From assembly GCA_012295275.1 (NCBI GenBank), contig CM022671.1:12772001-12836000 (forward strand): a stretch of 64,000 bases of DNA, in the 5' to 3' direction. The notes below the pieces were generated by a model that was not told the origin of the DNA, searched no databases, and was given only the letters and a program-made list of their open reading frames with translations. Below, in pieces: positions 1 to 12,245 of the stretch. The stretch is from Chrysomallon squamiferum. Taxonomy: Eukaryota > Animalia > Mollusca. The position numbers and the translations under genes were made by a program. Numbering within the stretch: the first letter of the stretch is position 1; each line of letters begins with the position of its first letter.

Positions 1-599
1 TGCAGAAGACAATATTAACTTCAAACATCAGTTTTGTACGAATGTTGTTGTTGTTGTTTTAGTTTATAAAATACTCAAATTAATATACTTACCAAGTAAA
101 AGCAGAAAACATAGAATCAAGATTTTGAATGTTGACATTTTTGAATGCCAGTTTCTTGTATGTATAAAGTTATGAACATGTCTCTATTTATGTGTTTTTA
201 GGTGGTGTTTTTAAGTCTTCGTATCAGGAACTGAGATGTACAAAATATTATTATTAAGACAGGATATCCTGTTATGAATAAAAATTGGTTCTGCAAAACA
301 TATCTATTACAATTTCATTTTTTTTTTTTTAATTTTATTCATCACACACACACAAAATAAAGACAAATAAAGAAAAAAACAAAAAAAAATCTATAATTTA
401 CTATGAATAAAATTAAAACATAAATTATTGTCGACTTTGGTTCTTTAATTATTTATCTAGAATTATCGGGAAAGTAAAGAAAAGTGATCAGATTACGACC
501 TAGTACTTTTAATTATACGATGATAAGTACGAAGTATTGTTTCTGCAATGTCAGATTATTTGTTAGATAACAGAAAAAACTTCGCCCCAATTACTCACT

Positions 600-608
600 T
601 ATATAAAA
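600..608 (+). promoter_or_regulatory. TATA box of the His/Tyr-rich peptide gene
   Basis: TATATAAAA about 40 nt upstream of the ATG at 642. Confidence 0.5.
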
Positions 609-641
609 ATAATTCAAGCATCATAATTTCATTTTTACATC

Positions 642-1499
642 ATGGCTACGTCAACGTTAATGTTTATGTTTGGACTTCTCTTGTTAAGTAAGTATTCAAA
701 TCCAAATTTATTTATGCACTTTAAGTTCATCGAATACTCTTTTTAAAAATTCAAAAATAGAGAAAGGCAAATCCACCAGATTTATAAGGGAAATTTGAAT
801 TGGCAGATTTGAAAAAAGAAAAAGCTTTGGATGAAAAAAATAAAAATACAGACTATAGAACCGTCGTCGTAATAAGTGAATCTCTTGGTAATAATTATGC
901 ATGTAAAAAAGGTTTACTTGTTTTGGTGTCTAAGAATACTGTGTAACGTATGGTCCTGCATCAAAATACATATCACCAATATAGATGTAAGTTAATTCTG
1001 TCTTAAACATGACGTGGTAATAATAATATATAATAATATCACTACTAGGGAAATTCCTATACAGTTTTTAATTCGATGTTAATGTTAAACATAACATTTT
1101 TTCTTCTAATTTTGTTTTGAGTTCCTTTAACGTCCTTTTTGCTAATTCAGTAAAAATACCGCTAGAATTTAAAAAGTACTTCCATTTTACAGTGGGGATT
1201 CTTTTCATGAAGATGCCAGCAGAAGCGAGTCCATTGCATCATGGTCATTACTACGGATGGTATCACCACTGGTATCCTGGATACTATGCATACCCTGGGT
1301 ATTATAGGAACCCTGCGCAGTATATGCGAAATTCAGGTTTATGTCAGACTCTGATTCATACATGTTTTGTATTTCATTTCCATTAATTATGATTGCGTAT
1401 TAGTTATGGTAACATTTTTAACTTATGGTAAAATGTTTTCAGTTATTAACTTTTAGACTATTAACGGAAAATATTTTCTAAGCCTCGGAATGGTTAGAA

Positions 1500-1533
<34 letters not shown>

Positions 1534-1724
1534 ACACACATACACACACACTTAAAATATGATAATGATCACAAATAATCAGTAAATAACTGGTTGTTAA
1601 AATATCAAAAATAAAACATCACCTCCATCAAAATATAATGCATTTATTCTGTAAATTTAATTGTATTTGTTATTAATATATTACATTTTATCTTTCAGGA
1701 TATTTTCCGACTTATATGAAATGA
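642..1724 (+). CDS. Small secreted His/Tyr/Trp-rich peptide, 71 aa, 3 exons (642-687, 1193-1336, 1699-1724)
   Basis: TATATAAAA at ~600. Exon 1 runs ATG...TTA A|GTAAGT, acceptor TTTTACAG at 1192, donor G|GTTTAT at 1337, acceptor TCTTTCAG at 1698, TGA at 1722-1724, AATAAA at 1750. Both introns are phase 1 and give the continuous ORF MATSTLMFMFGLLLLMGILFMKMPAEASPLHHGHYYGWYHHWYPGYYAYPGYYRNPAQYMRNSGYFPTYMK, with a hydrophobic signal peptide ending in AEA. Confidence 0.75.
1501..1551. repeat. (CA)n microsatellite
   Basis: Direct reading; lies in intron 2 of the peptide gene. Confidence 0.95.
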
Positions 1725-3434
1725 GGATTTTTTCCTTTTTGTGTGCAACAATAAACTATTAATTTAGATAATTTCTGTTATTTTTGTCTTTATTCTTTGG
1801 CAATAAATATATGTGATGTGACACTTCTAAATACAGGCATCAGATTTAATTTTTTCCTAACATTATATTGACTATATATATATGCCAATAGTCACAACAT
1901 ACGTAGATACTGTTTACGAAGATCCAAATTTCTAGCGATACCTTGCATTTTTTATTAAATATTTAATATGGCTGTGATTTCGAAAAACGTTAGTAATGTA
2001 TAGGATCCGATAAAGGTAGGACTTAAAGAATAATCAAATAACCTATAAGTTACGATGTTATTTAGTTTTACAAAACAGTAAACGCCTGTTTGTGTAAGAT
2101 TTGATGTTACTGGCTATTTGTACATTGCTTTTCTTTTCTTAATTTCAATTCAGCGAGGAGTGCGTCTCAACCTTCACCAAAATACTCTCATTAACAAATG
2201 ACATATTTTAAATGAACTCATAAAAAAATAAAATTAATTAACTAATTATGAAGAAAGAAAGAAAGAATGAATGCAAAGAATGGAAACAAAGAAAGATGTA
2301 AAAGAAAGAAAGAAAAAACATAAACAGGAAGAAAAGAATATAAACTGAAAACGTTTGTATCAAAATTAGAATTTTAAATATTGTTAGTACATCTTTCATA
2401 TCATTACATAAGATCTAGCAGTTACATCTAATGGTCATTTTTACTCATATGTTTAGAGGACTGATTAAATAGAAAAAAAAATTCTTTCTTTCTTTTTTTA
2501 TTATTATTATTAGCATTAACATAATTTTATCAGCTTCTAAACTTCATTTTTAAATGAGGAGTTAAAAATAAATTTATCGACTTTTCTTAGTCATATATCT
2601 TACACACACACACACACACACACATTCATTATCACAGTATATCACGCTTTTCATATACACATCGCGAATAACTGATTACGAAGAAAGTAACCCAAACGGC
2701 GCTCGAAGATATTTCGCAGTATTTTATCGGTCAGCTGATCACCAGTCCTTGTCAGTATTCTTAAGTTCTTTTTTATTATTTGTATGAAAAATGTTTCTTT
2801 TACTTAAAAAATTAAAAAGACTTTAAAATGATAATTATTAAAAGATATCTTGTTTACATCCAATGGTATAGTGAAAAATATTGATTAAATCTTAAGATAT
2901 AAATCCCATGTACTCATCCTCACCTTATATAAATATATATTCCGGAAAACGAAGGTCTTTTATATTTATATAAATACGACAAAATATAATAAGACAAAAT
3001 CAAATATTGCTATAAGATAATCACTTTATTGGTTAATCTTTTTTTCACCAAAGATGCACAAAAAATTTAAGTAAGGATGTCAACCGTGGTCGAAGTTTCT
3101 GAAAAATGAAAAACAAATAATTATTTTATGATGATTAGCACCTAATAAATGCTACTGTTAAAAAAAAGAATTAAAAAAGGAAAGATAGAAAAGAACAGAC
3201 AAGTCTCAGTCGCTTTTTCTTATACAGGACATTAATTACTTTTGTTTCCATATTTATTTGCTCTGTTTTTTCTACCACTTTTTTTTCTTTTTATAGCTGT
3301 TAATATTAATAATGTTATAGTATTATCTGTTATTGTTATTATCACTATTATTATTCTACTATTTATTTATTTATTTATTTTTTTTTGTGTGTATATGTTT
3401 TATTGTTGTTATCATCATCATTATTATTATAATT

Positions 3435-3765
3435 AGAAGCAGCAGCAGAAGTAAAAGTGCTTGTTGTAGAAGTAATGGCATACTACTAATATCAATAGTA
3501 GTAGAATAGTAGTAGTACTAGTGATAGTAGAAAGTAGTAGTAGAGTAGTAGTAGTACTAGTGATAGTAGAAAGTAGTAGTAGAGTAGTAGTATAATAGTA
3601 GTAGTACTAGTGTTAATTTAAAGTAGTAGTAGAGTAGTAGTAGAATAGTAGTAGTACTAGTGATAGTAGAAAGTAGTAGTAGAGTAGTAGTAGTAGAAGC
3701 AGTAGTAGCAATAGTAGTAGTAGTAGTAGTAGTAGTAGTAAAGTAATAATAGTGGTAGTGGTAGA
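3435..3765. repeat. Compound (AGT)n microsatellite with a recurring ~40-bp higher-order block
   Basis: AGTAGT runs; the block AGTAGTACTAGTGATAGTAGAAAGTAGTAGTAGAGT recurs about three times. Confidence 0.9.
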
Positions 3766-4057
3766 ATTGTTATTGTTATTTATGTCATACTGATTATTAG
3801 TAAAATATTTATTAATGCTTTATTTTCAGTCGTTTTAGATTTTTAACTTCAACTCTGTTTCAAGTTGTTTGGGTTTTTTGTTTCCTTGTCAGTGTTTTTA
3901 TTTATATTTTAAAGATGACACAACATATTTTCCTAATTATTGTTCCTTTGTTTGCTTATTTATATATCATTCCTTTGAAATATCTACAAAATATACTGAT
4001 ACAAGAGGCAGTGTTTTGGCTTTTACTTATCAGCTGAAATAGTAAAAAGGTTATTAA

Positions 4058-4240
4058 GATTTTGCAATACGTAAACGATATTCCCCAAAACAGTCAGAAA
4101 ATATTTACTACGGAAACCTATCAATGGAAATACAATATAACACAAAACCTGGGTTTCCATTATATCTTGGGTATCCATATGTTTCCCACGAGGGTGGCGG
4201 ATGTTGTGCTGGCGGCTCTACATATTCTGGATACCCATAA
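4058..4240 (+). pseudogene. Possible degenerate or terminal-exon remnant of a Gly/Tyr/Pro-rich secreted peptide gene
   Basis: An open frame reads DFAIRKRYSPKQSENIYYGNLSMEIQYNTKPGFPLYLGYPYVSHEGGGCCAGGSTYSGYP*. It is GC-richer than the flanks and is followed by AATAAA (~4368). The best upstream acceptor (TTTTACTTATCAG, ~4033) does not join in frame. Confidence 0.3.
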
Positions 4241-6418
4241 TTATGATGGTGCCATCCGTTGTAGTGACCATGATGCAATGGACTCGCCTCTGTTGCTTTG
4301 TCGATGAAAAAAATCAGAGCTGTAATATAAACACACCTTTTTAATTGTAATATTGTTGATTAAATGAAATAAATTAATAATAATAATAATAATAAAAATT
4401 TCTGCCAGTTAAAATAATTCCAAATAATAGATTAATGTAATTAATAATAATAATAATAATAATAATAGCTATAACCAATATAATGCACATGAAAACAGAA
4501 AACGAATTACAGTATACTGATTGTATAAGCTAGACGTGAGTACTTTTTGCTATCAAAAACGTTCTTTTATAATCCCTTTTGAGTTTCAAATGAATTACTC
4601 CTTTACCTAAAACACATTCCACATTTGAACTATTTTCATCAGCGAGGATTATTTTACGTATCGATAATCCATAAAGAACTTATGAAAAGTATGTGCAGTA
4701 GAATCACTCTAAACAGATAAATAAATAAATAAAAATAAACAAATATAAACACATATTAAAAGCTTGCGAAAGAAAATTTAAATAAATTACGCTTGCATTT
4801 AATTTAATTTAAATAAGAAATGATAATATGCATCAAAATTCAAATACTTACTTAATGACAGAAGTACAAATACAAACGTTAGTTTAAACACAGCCATCTT
4901 GAAAGAACAAAGAAGTGACTGTAATTATTTTTAAGCACCTAGGAAAATGGAGCTAAGTTTTTTTTTTTTTTTTTTATCTTACAGGTTGATCTGACATTAA
5001 GCAAACAATGTATAATTGCCTAATTAAAAGTATTAGGTCGCAATTTGATGACTTTCATTGTTTTCTCCAGTGATAAACTAGATAGGCTTTTTAAAGAACT
5101 TCAGTCGTTAATTATTTCAAGTGTAGAAATAAATGGTCTAAAGATTTAAAAAAGATGAACAGAAAAGAAAGAAAGAAAGAAACGAAAATATATTTGCAAG
5201 TTATTTTATTGTTTTTGTGTCAATATTACTTTTGAACAATACATCTCACTGAATTTTACCCCTTCACAAATGGTGTCGTACTTCAAAGCACACAAGACAG
5301 CCGATTTCTATTCTGATTGAAAGAAACTTTTGAACAAAGCAAAATTATGACTATTATCACTAAGCATAACAGTGTGATTCTGTCCAGTACAAGTTGAATT
5401 ACAAGCTGGAGAAAAGAAATCGTAATTTCAGTAAAGGATCAATACTCTGTTTCAGTAATGCTATTTCCCGTTCCAGCCAGAATCTCCTGAACTGTTAATC
5501 AAAAATCATTATGCAGCTTTGTGTGTTTTTATAGGGGGCGTTGTTATTGTTTTGACATCTAATAATAATATGTATTTATACTTACAAAGAACAAAAAATC
5601 CCAGTTCTGAGATATAAATGATAATTGCTAAATAAACTGACCAAAATATAGCTTTTTAAAAGGAACTATCTTTACTTCGATAAATTCCTTGTTATTTATA
5701 TATATTTGTATTAAGTTACTTCTTTAAAATATAGTTGCTGGTTTAGATCTTAAAAGAATATTTTGAAAACAGTTTTAATTTAAATATAACAAATAAAGTG
5801 TTATTGTTATTATTTAAGAACTATTTTCTTTTGAAAAGGGAAGGGGACAACGAAATAATAACACTGAATTTTCTACTTTCGAGAGCGGTGAGCTGAGAAA
5901 TAAATAAATTCATTTAGGTTTTTGTATTGTTTAGGTCAGCAATAAAAGAAAAAAAAAGTCTTATCAGCTTTATCCTGCTCGAATATAATGTTATATCTGG
6001 CGTTTACAAACAAACAAAAGTCAGTGCAGAAAAATAAAATACAAAAGACGTATTTGTTATATCAAAATGTCTCATATGATTTATTTCTGTGAATATATAT
6101 GGGTTTTTTTTCAGTCCTGCTCTTTAAAATACCCAGTTTCTGAAAGAAAAAAATAATAATAATAAATTAATTAAATTAAAAATAAATAAATAAATAAATA
6201 ATGGTAATTCGACAATGGAATCAGTTATTTTCATAAGAAATAATATAAATTGGATTTAATCCGTTCCAGAACCCCCAAAATTTCGCGTTATAAAGAATTT
6301 TAAATAACAAATATTGCTTATTTAAACCTACATAATAATCTTTAATGCATTACTCTCGGCTACAAAACGATTCTCTCATTAACATACCTTCAAACTCTGG
6401 ACAGATTATTTGTTTTCT

Positions 6419-7989
6419 TCATTTCGTTGGTCTGTTTGTGGGCTGTCGATCGCCATTCCACCATTGAGGTCTCCATCCTCTGCCAGGTCCATAGCCATTA
6501 CCCCATCTTCCATATCCTGGACCCCATCTTCCATATCCTGGACCCCGTCTTCCATATCCCCATCTTCCTCCATTACCCCATCTTCCACCCCAACCACCAT
6601 AACCACAGCCTGGACAGCCTCCACATCCTGGACATCCACCCCAATAAGGTGGATAGTACGGGCCTCCGTATCCATTATTTCCAGTTGATGGAGAACTCTG
6701 TGTTGTCTGTCTTAATATACGACGCAAAGTATCGGACTGGGCATTGTTTTGAGCCGAGGTTCCAGGTAACAGGAGAATACCTGAAGTCAGATGAACAAAA
6801 ATATTTAACGTATGTAAGTTACATATAGGTATTAGAATGTGTTTTATACATTGAATAAGTAGTGTTGAACCAGTGAATGGTTATTTTCTTAGGATATATG
6901 ATATTAAAAGTTATTAGGCGACAGGCACATGATTTTTGCATAATGATAATGAAATTGAAAAGAAAATCAGTTGCCCTTATTCAATGGATTAATTTTTTGC
7001 TTAGCACCATGGGGCATCATGATGAAAATGTAATAACTTATTGTAGCATTGTGATGGACTGTTCCTGCAATCAACCTCACCTCGTATCACTAAGCTGTAA
7101 CTGAATATTATATAAAAGACTAAAGAATAAATTGTGGCATCTGATAAAGTAAATATAATGCTCTCTTTGGAACAGGAACTATTTAAACGAACACCCCAAC
7201 ATATAATAACTAAAACAGAATTTTTGAAAATATCATTACGGTGGTTCGTCTTACATTTCTCTATAACCGTTTGCCTTTAATAAGGATAGATTTAAAATCT
7301 GTTCAAAAAGATGATACTCGAAACGAAGTCTGAAAGTAGTATGATAAAAGCACGAATTACTTTACACACATACATACATATAATATGTATCAATATTAAT
7401 CCTCAAAAAAACACCGATTAACTATAATAGTCTTAGATATGTTTTCTAACCTTATTTTTATAACTGGTTGATTCATTCTCCAAGTTATAGCATTTTTAAA
7501 TATTGTAAATCAATAATTATTAATTATTATGTCATTCTATTTAAATTCTGTGAATCTTTGGATTATATTCTTAACCTATCGATACCCTCCAAAGATAGGT
7601 TTAGATTCGCCCCTCACGTAACGGCATGGTAGATAATACAATGAACTGGATGACCTCAAACATGATATCAGGCAAAAAGAAATGATGATACTGATCTGTT
7701 TTCGTAACGTGTTTAGCATCTGTCAAGTACGTAATTTCAAGGATGTAATTCTTAAGATACATCTTCATTTAAAATATTCACTATTTGGTTAAAAAAAGTA
7801 GTAGTAGTTGTTGTCGTAATGGCAATAACAGTACATGTAGTAGTCCTAACAGAAGTAGTTGCAGAATTAGCAGCAGCAGCAGTCATAGTAGTGATAAGTG
7901 TTTTCAGTAGCCGTAGTATATCAATCTAAAATAAGAAATCGGTACTCACACGCTAGAAGACACATCAGACCAATACGCAAATGCTCCAT
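6419..7989 (-). CDS. Secreted Gly/Tyr/Trp/Arg-rich repetitive protein with CPGCGGCPGC, 133 aa, 2 exons (7989-7950, 6780-6419); shell/cuticle-matrix-like or antimicrobial-like
   Basis: TATATATA at ~8025-8032. Exon 1 MEHLRIGLMCLLA T|GTGAGT joins the acceptor CTGACTTCAG in phase 1, giving MEHLRIGLMCLLACILLLPGTSA-QNNAQSDTLRRILRQTTQSSPSTGNNGYGGPYYPPYWGGCPGCGGCPGCGYGGWGGRWGNGGRWGYGRRGPGYGRWGPGYGRWGNGYGPGRGWRPQWWNGDRQPTNRPTK*. Confidence 0.85.
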
Positions 7990-8397
7990 GATGAAATTCA
8001 GAAGTGTTTATTTGTAAGATGTAGTATATATAGCTCCGCTGACTGAAACGTGATATCCCATTAGCAGAGAACTGAAAAACGTGCTAAAACAATGAAGGCG
8101 TTGCCGACAGCTTGACATTGGCTGATGTAATCTGATTCTTGCAGACCTTCTTAACTGTAACAAGCTGCAGCAAGGCTGGATTATTTTAGGTTCTTTTACA
8201 ACTTTCTTTAAGTTTAGCTTTATGTATTGATATATGAGTGAAATGAGAGAAATAGGCGAAGCTTCTATCCACCAACAACATGTATTTTTGGTTTCATCCA
8301 AAGGACTATGCATTCTTTTTTTTCTTGTTCCAAATACCGACCCTTGGAAATTTACATTGTAAATTTTAATTGATGGTTGGTTTCAGGCAGATTCCTT

Positions 8398-8432
<35 letters not shown>

Positions 8433-9656
8433 ATTATTGTTGTTGTTGTTGATATTGCTAGTGTTATATATATTATTATTGTTGCTGATTCTGATTCTTT
8501 TTCTGTTCTTATTATTGCATGACAGGAGCGGATTAAAAATTATTCAAAAGCCTTAAAATTTTATGATATATAGATATATTAGCTTTAGATGAAAAAAGGA
8601 TATAGCATTAAAAAAAAAAAAAAAAAAAAAAGCAACAGCAACAAAAAAAAAAAAAAAAAAAAAAAACAAGGCCTGGGCTCGCTTAAACTAGAGAGATGTA
8701 GGTACGGTTTGTAATTACCGCAACATTCATCTGATGTTTCTAGATACCGCAAGAATTTTGACAGCGATAAAAGTATACCCAGTATCTTATCTTGTTTGAG
8801 TAACTACATTGTGCTCGTTCTCTCTCTGAAATTATGACCACGTCAGCAGTGATAAACAATTAATTCACAACAATGGAAAATATGCTTGACAAAATAAATA
8901 AATAAATAAATATATTATTTAATTGATTTAATTTATAAAGCAAATATTAATACATGATCAAAAATTTAAGTAAAATGTTGATTGCCTTAATATTTATGTT
9001 AAAATAAAACTTGGTATCTATTTGAAATTTTCTATAAAATTATTCCCTTGACTCTAAAGCGACAAAATAAGAGCTTTCCTAAATTACATTAAAATGATTA
9101 AATAAAGCAATCGCTAGATTAGCTGAAGATAATGTAGGGAGGAATTTACATAGGTAAACAAAAGATGGTAAGTACGAATCAAACAAACAAAATAGATCTA
9201 ATCAATTTGTTAATATTTTCAGTTGGCATCTGGTTTACAGGTTGTCAAGCTGCACTTAAAAGTAATTTATGAGTTTTGGGGTGGAAGCTTTTAAAGGACG
9301 TTCAGTTAAGTTTGTAATTGCTCCCATTAGTGATTTTAGCTGCGCCTTTTCTTCCTAATGTAATTTCGTTAACTTTCGCCGGCGATCCAGATTAATGTCT
9401 TAAATGTACCTACATTCCTGTCATTTATTTTCTGTTTTACGTTCGTGATAACATTAAATTATTCATTAAATTTACTGTCGTAACGAACTAAATCTGCCCG
9501 TCTTGTTTTACAAAGGAGAACATAAGTAAATTTTAGTCCGATAAATCTCTAAATTATAGTTAGGTTTATGTCCGCATTTTAACCAGACTGCGTGACGTCT
9601 GATCAGTTTTTGTCCTTTATTAGTGTCGAACTGCATATGTTAAAATGTTAACAATG

Positions 9657-9662
9657 CACACA

Positions 9663-9701
<39 letters not shown>
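9657..9701. repeat. (CA)n microsatellite
   Basis: Direct reading. Confidence 0.95.
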
Positions 9702-9703
<2 letters not shown>

Positions 9704-10793
9704 TTTTATTATTATTATTTATTTAAAGCTTTATACAAAATACAGTATTAAATCTTCCCATCTGTAGTGCAAGAGTAACGAGCATGCGTAGAAATTTCCT
9801 GTTAATATCAAGCAAGTTATTTCATTAAGGAATCTTCGATATTTATTTGACAGAAGTTTTAAATTTAAATTTCATGAACAATTTGAACATTTTTAACATG
9901 AAGTGATTAATTATTGGACTTCTCGTCATCATTATTACTATAACTGTCAGAAACGAGAAAGGAATTTTACTAGTTGTATCACTCTTCCTGGATTAGTCAA
10001 AATATGTGAGTATTAATTATTATTACTACAAATCGAAAACATTTTGAGCAGCAGATTTAGCGATATGTTTTAGTTGTTTCTGAAACTTTAGCGTATACAG
10101 GCATTATTTAAATAAAAAATCAAATTATAGAATTATTATATGACAGTACCTGTGGTCTGTATAAGCTGTATATGTTGCTCCCCAAACTAAGCTCCATCCT
10201 GTTTCATTCATAGAATATGACGTCATACATTTACAAAAGCCATAGCCATTTTGAAATTGATTTTTAAAGATTTCTTAATACTACATAAGTTTTACAGAGC
10301 ATTAATGAAAATAAAATATTACTAGCATATTCACATTTAACAAACTAATTGCCAACAGTTTTTTATATGGAATATTTTATTTTTTAACTATTTTTTAGAA
10401 GAGGTCTCTTACCACCTTTATTTTTTTCTCCCTTTAAAGAAGATATAGATGGATGCCGCATTTTGACTCGTAATATAACGTAATATTGAACGAAGCAAAA
10501 TTAGTTTAATAATTTAGTGGTGAGTTTAGAATTCATCGAGATAAACACGATAACATTTATCACTTAAGGATATTAATCCCTGCGCAATTTTCATACTTTT
10601 AAAGTGGAAATATTTTTTTATCAATTACTCGAAAACGACAGTTGTTAAAATATTTAACCATACGTTTATTTAGTAGTTTGTTTTGTGTAATGTGGCCTCA
10701 AATGTGCAATCGAAAACCTATGAGTTATTACTATTCTTTTTATTTATTTTACTTTCTTTCTTTCTTTCTTTATACATTTTAGTGTAGTAGTCA

Positions 10794-11609
10794 ATGGCAG
10801 GCTTTATATTGTACATCCTGTCATTGTTCCGTGGCAGAAGACCAAGCAAATATCAAGTTCCTATTCCGAGCGTTTGTCATCGGGTATTAACGAAAGAAGA
10901 ATTGCACGATAGACCCTTGTTCGTAGTGGGAGACGTACATGGCTGTGCAGACGAACTGATGGAACTTGCCGAAAAAGCACAGAAGATACACGATGATGTA
11001 CTTTTCCTGTTTGTTGGAGATCTTGTTAACAAAGGCCCCAAAAACAAAGAAGTAATAGATTTGGTTCGAAGTCTGGACCACTATGCAGTGCGTGGTAACC
11101 ATGATGATGTTGTTCTAAAACAGTGCTTGGATTACAGAGATCAACCTGATCGTCCTCTTCCGGCAAGTTATCAATGGGTGACATGTTTTACCGAGAGCGA
11201 TATAAATTATCTAGCGGAACTTGCCTACACGATTGAAATTCCGAGTTTGAAAGTTATTATCGTTCACGCCGGTCTTGTTCCCGGTGTAAAACTGACGGAA
11301 CAAGATTTGACAGCCATTACACATATGAGAAATATCATTAAAGAAGAGACAATATTTGGTGAAAAAGTAATTCCGTCAGAAAACCAGAATGAAGGAGTAT
11401 CATGGGCAACCGCATGGCATGGACCTGAACATGTATATTTTGGACACGACGCTCGAAGAGGTTTGCAACAATATACATTTGCCACAGGACTTGACACGGG
11501 TTGCTTGTATGGAAAATATTTGACGGGAATGTTTATAAACAAATGTAGAACAATGATACAAGTTAAATCGCACGATACCTATGTTGTACCAGGAACAAAG
11601 TGGACGTGA
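10794..11609 (+). CDS. ApaH-like / PrpE-like calcineurin-fold metallophosphoesterase (bis(5'-nucleosyl)-tetraphosphatase-like), 271 aa, intronless CDS
   Basis: PPP motifs GDVHG, GDLVNKG, RGNHD and VHAG, plus FGHDA and the ApaH/ALPH C-terminal motif LDTGCLYGKYLT. A polypyrimidine tract and AG acceptor at ~10782 precede the ATG, implying an upstream non-coding exon. AATAAA at ~11630. Confidence 0.9.
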   Translation: MAGFILYILSLFRGRRPSKYQVPIPSVCHRVLTKEELHDRPLFVVGDVHGCADELMELAEKAQKIHDDVLFLFVGDLVNKGPKNKEVIDLVRSLDHYAVRGNHDDVVLKQCLDYRDQPDRPLPASYQWVTCFTESDINYLAELAYTIEIPSLKVIIVHAGLVPGVKLTEQDLTAITHMRNIIKEETIFGEKVIPSENQNEGVSWATAWHGPEHVYFGHDARRGLQQYTFATGLDTGCLYGKYLTGMFINKCRTMIQVKSHDTYVVPGTKWT

Positions 11610-12041
11610 TTATATTCTAAATATTGTTTAAATAAATTTCATTCAGTCAGTTATTGTCTTTTTTCTCTTTCTTTCTTACTTTTTTATTTTATTATTTTAT
11701 TTTATTTTATTTTATTTTTTTATTTTTTGTTTGTTTGTTTGTTATTAAATTGTTTTACTCGTTGTTATTAAATTTAATTTATTATTATCGTTGTTTTTAA
11801 AATGTTTTTGTATGTTTAAGGGTTCTTTTTGTTGTTGGGGGATTTTTATGTATTTTTGTGTGTGGGTTGTTTTTTCGTTGTTGTTACTGGGGGGGGGGTT
11901 GCGATTGTTTCTATTATTTCATTCCTCACTCAGCTATATGCAAATTTATTGCAGTAAACCTCCATTCTTGGTTGATAAAAAATGATTGTGGTATACAAGA
12001 AAAAAAGAAAAACATGACATTTGTTTTGTAATCACGTTGAA

Positions 12042-12092
<51 letters not shown>

Positions 12093-12245
12093 TAATAGTA
12101 ATAGTAATAATACAGTATTTTTTTTTTTTTTTAAATTTCAGGTTCTGTTAATTGTTCAACTGATGGTGGTCATGCAGAGCATTCTTAAATCTATCTATGA
12201 CCAGCAAAGAAAACAAAACTGTTAAATATAATTCATATATAAATA

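Noticed and set aside
3242-3436. Hydrophobic short ORFs in AT-rich or microsatellite DNA (also 11791, 26215, 35548, 36019, 39856, 52159 and others)
   Set aside because: Low-complexity translations of (ATT)n, (TG)n or T-rich tracts, with no splice or promoter support.
3915-4307. ATG-initiated hydrophobic ORF that continues in frame past a single TGA (~4035) into ORF 4062-4307; possible readthrough or selenocysteine
   Set aside because: No recognisable protein or SECIS element, and the compositionally meaningful G/Y/P frame is a different one.
6406-6828. Alternative-frame and antisense ORFs (6406-6675, 6410-6688, 6427-6828)
   Set aside because: Shadows of the repetitive Gly-rich exon. Only the GYGRW frame joins the signal-peptide exon.
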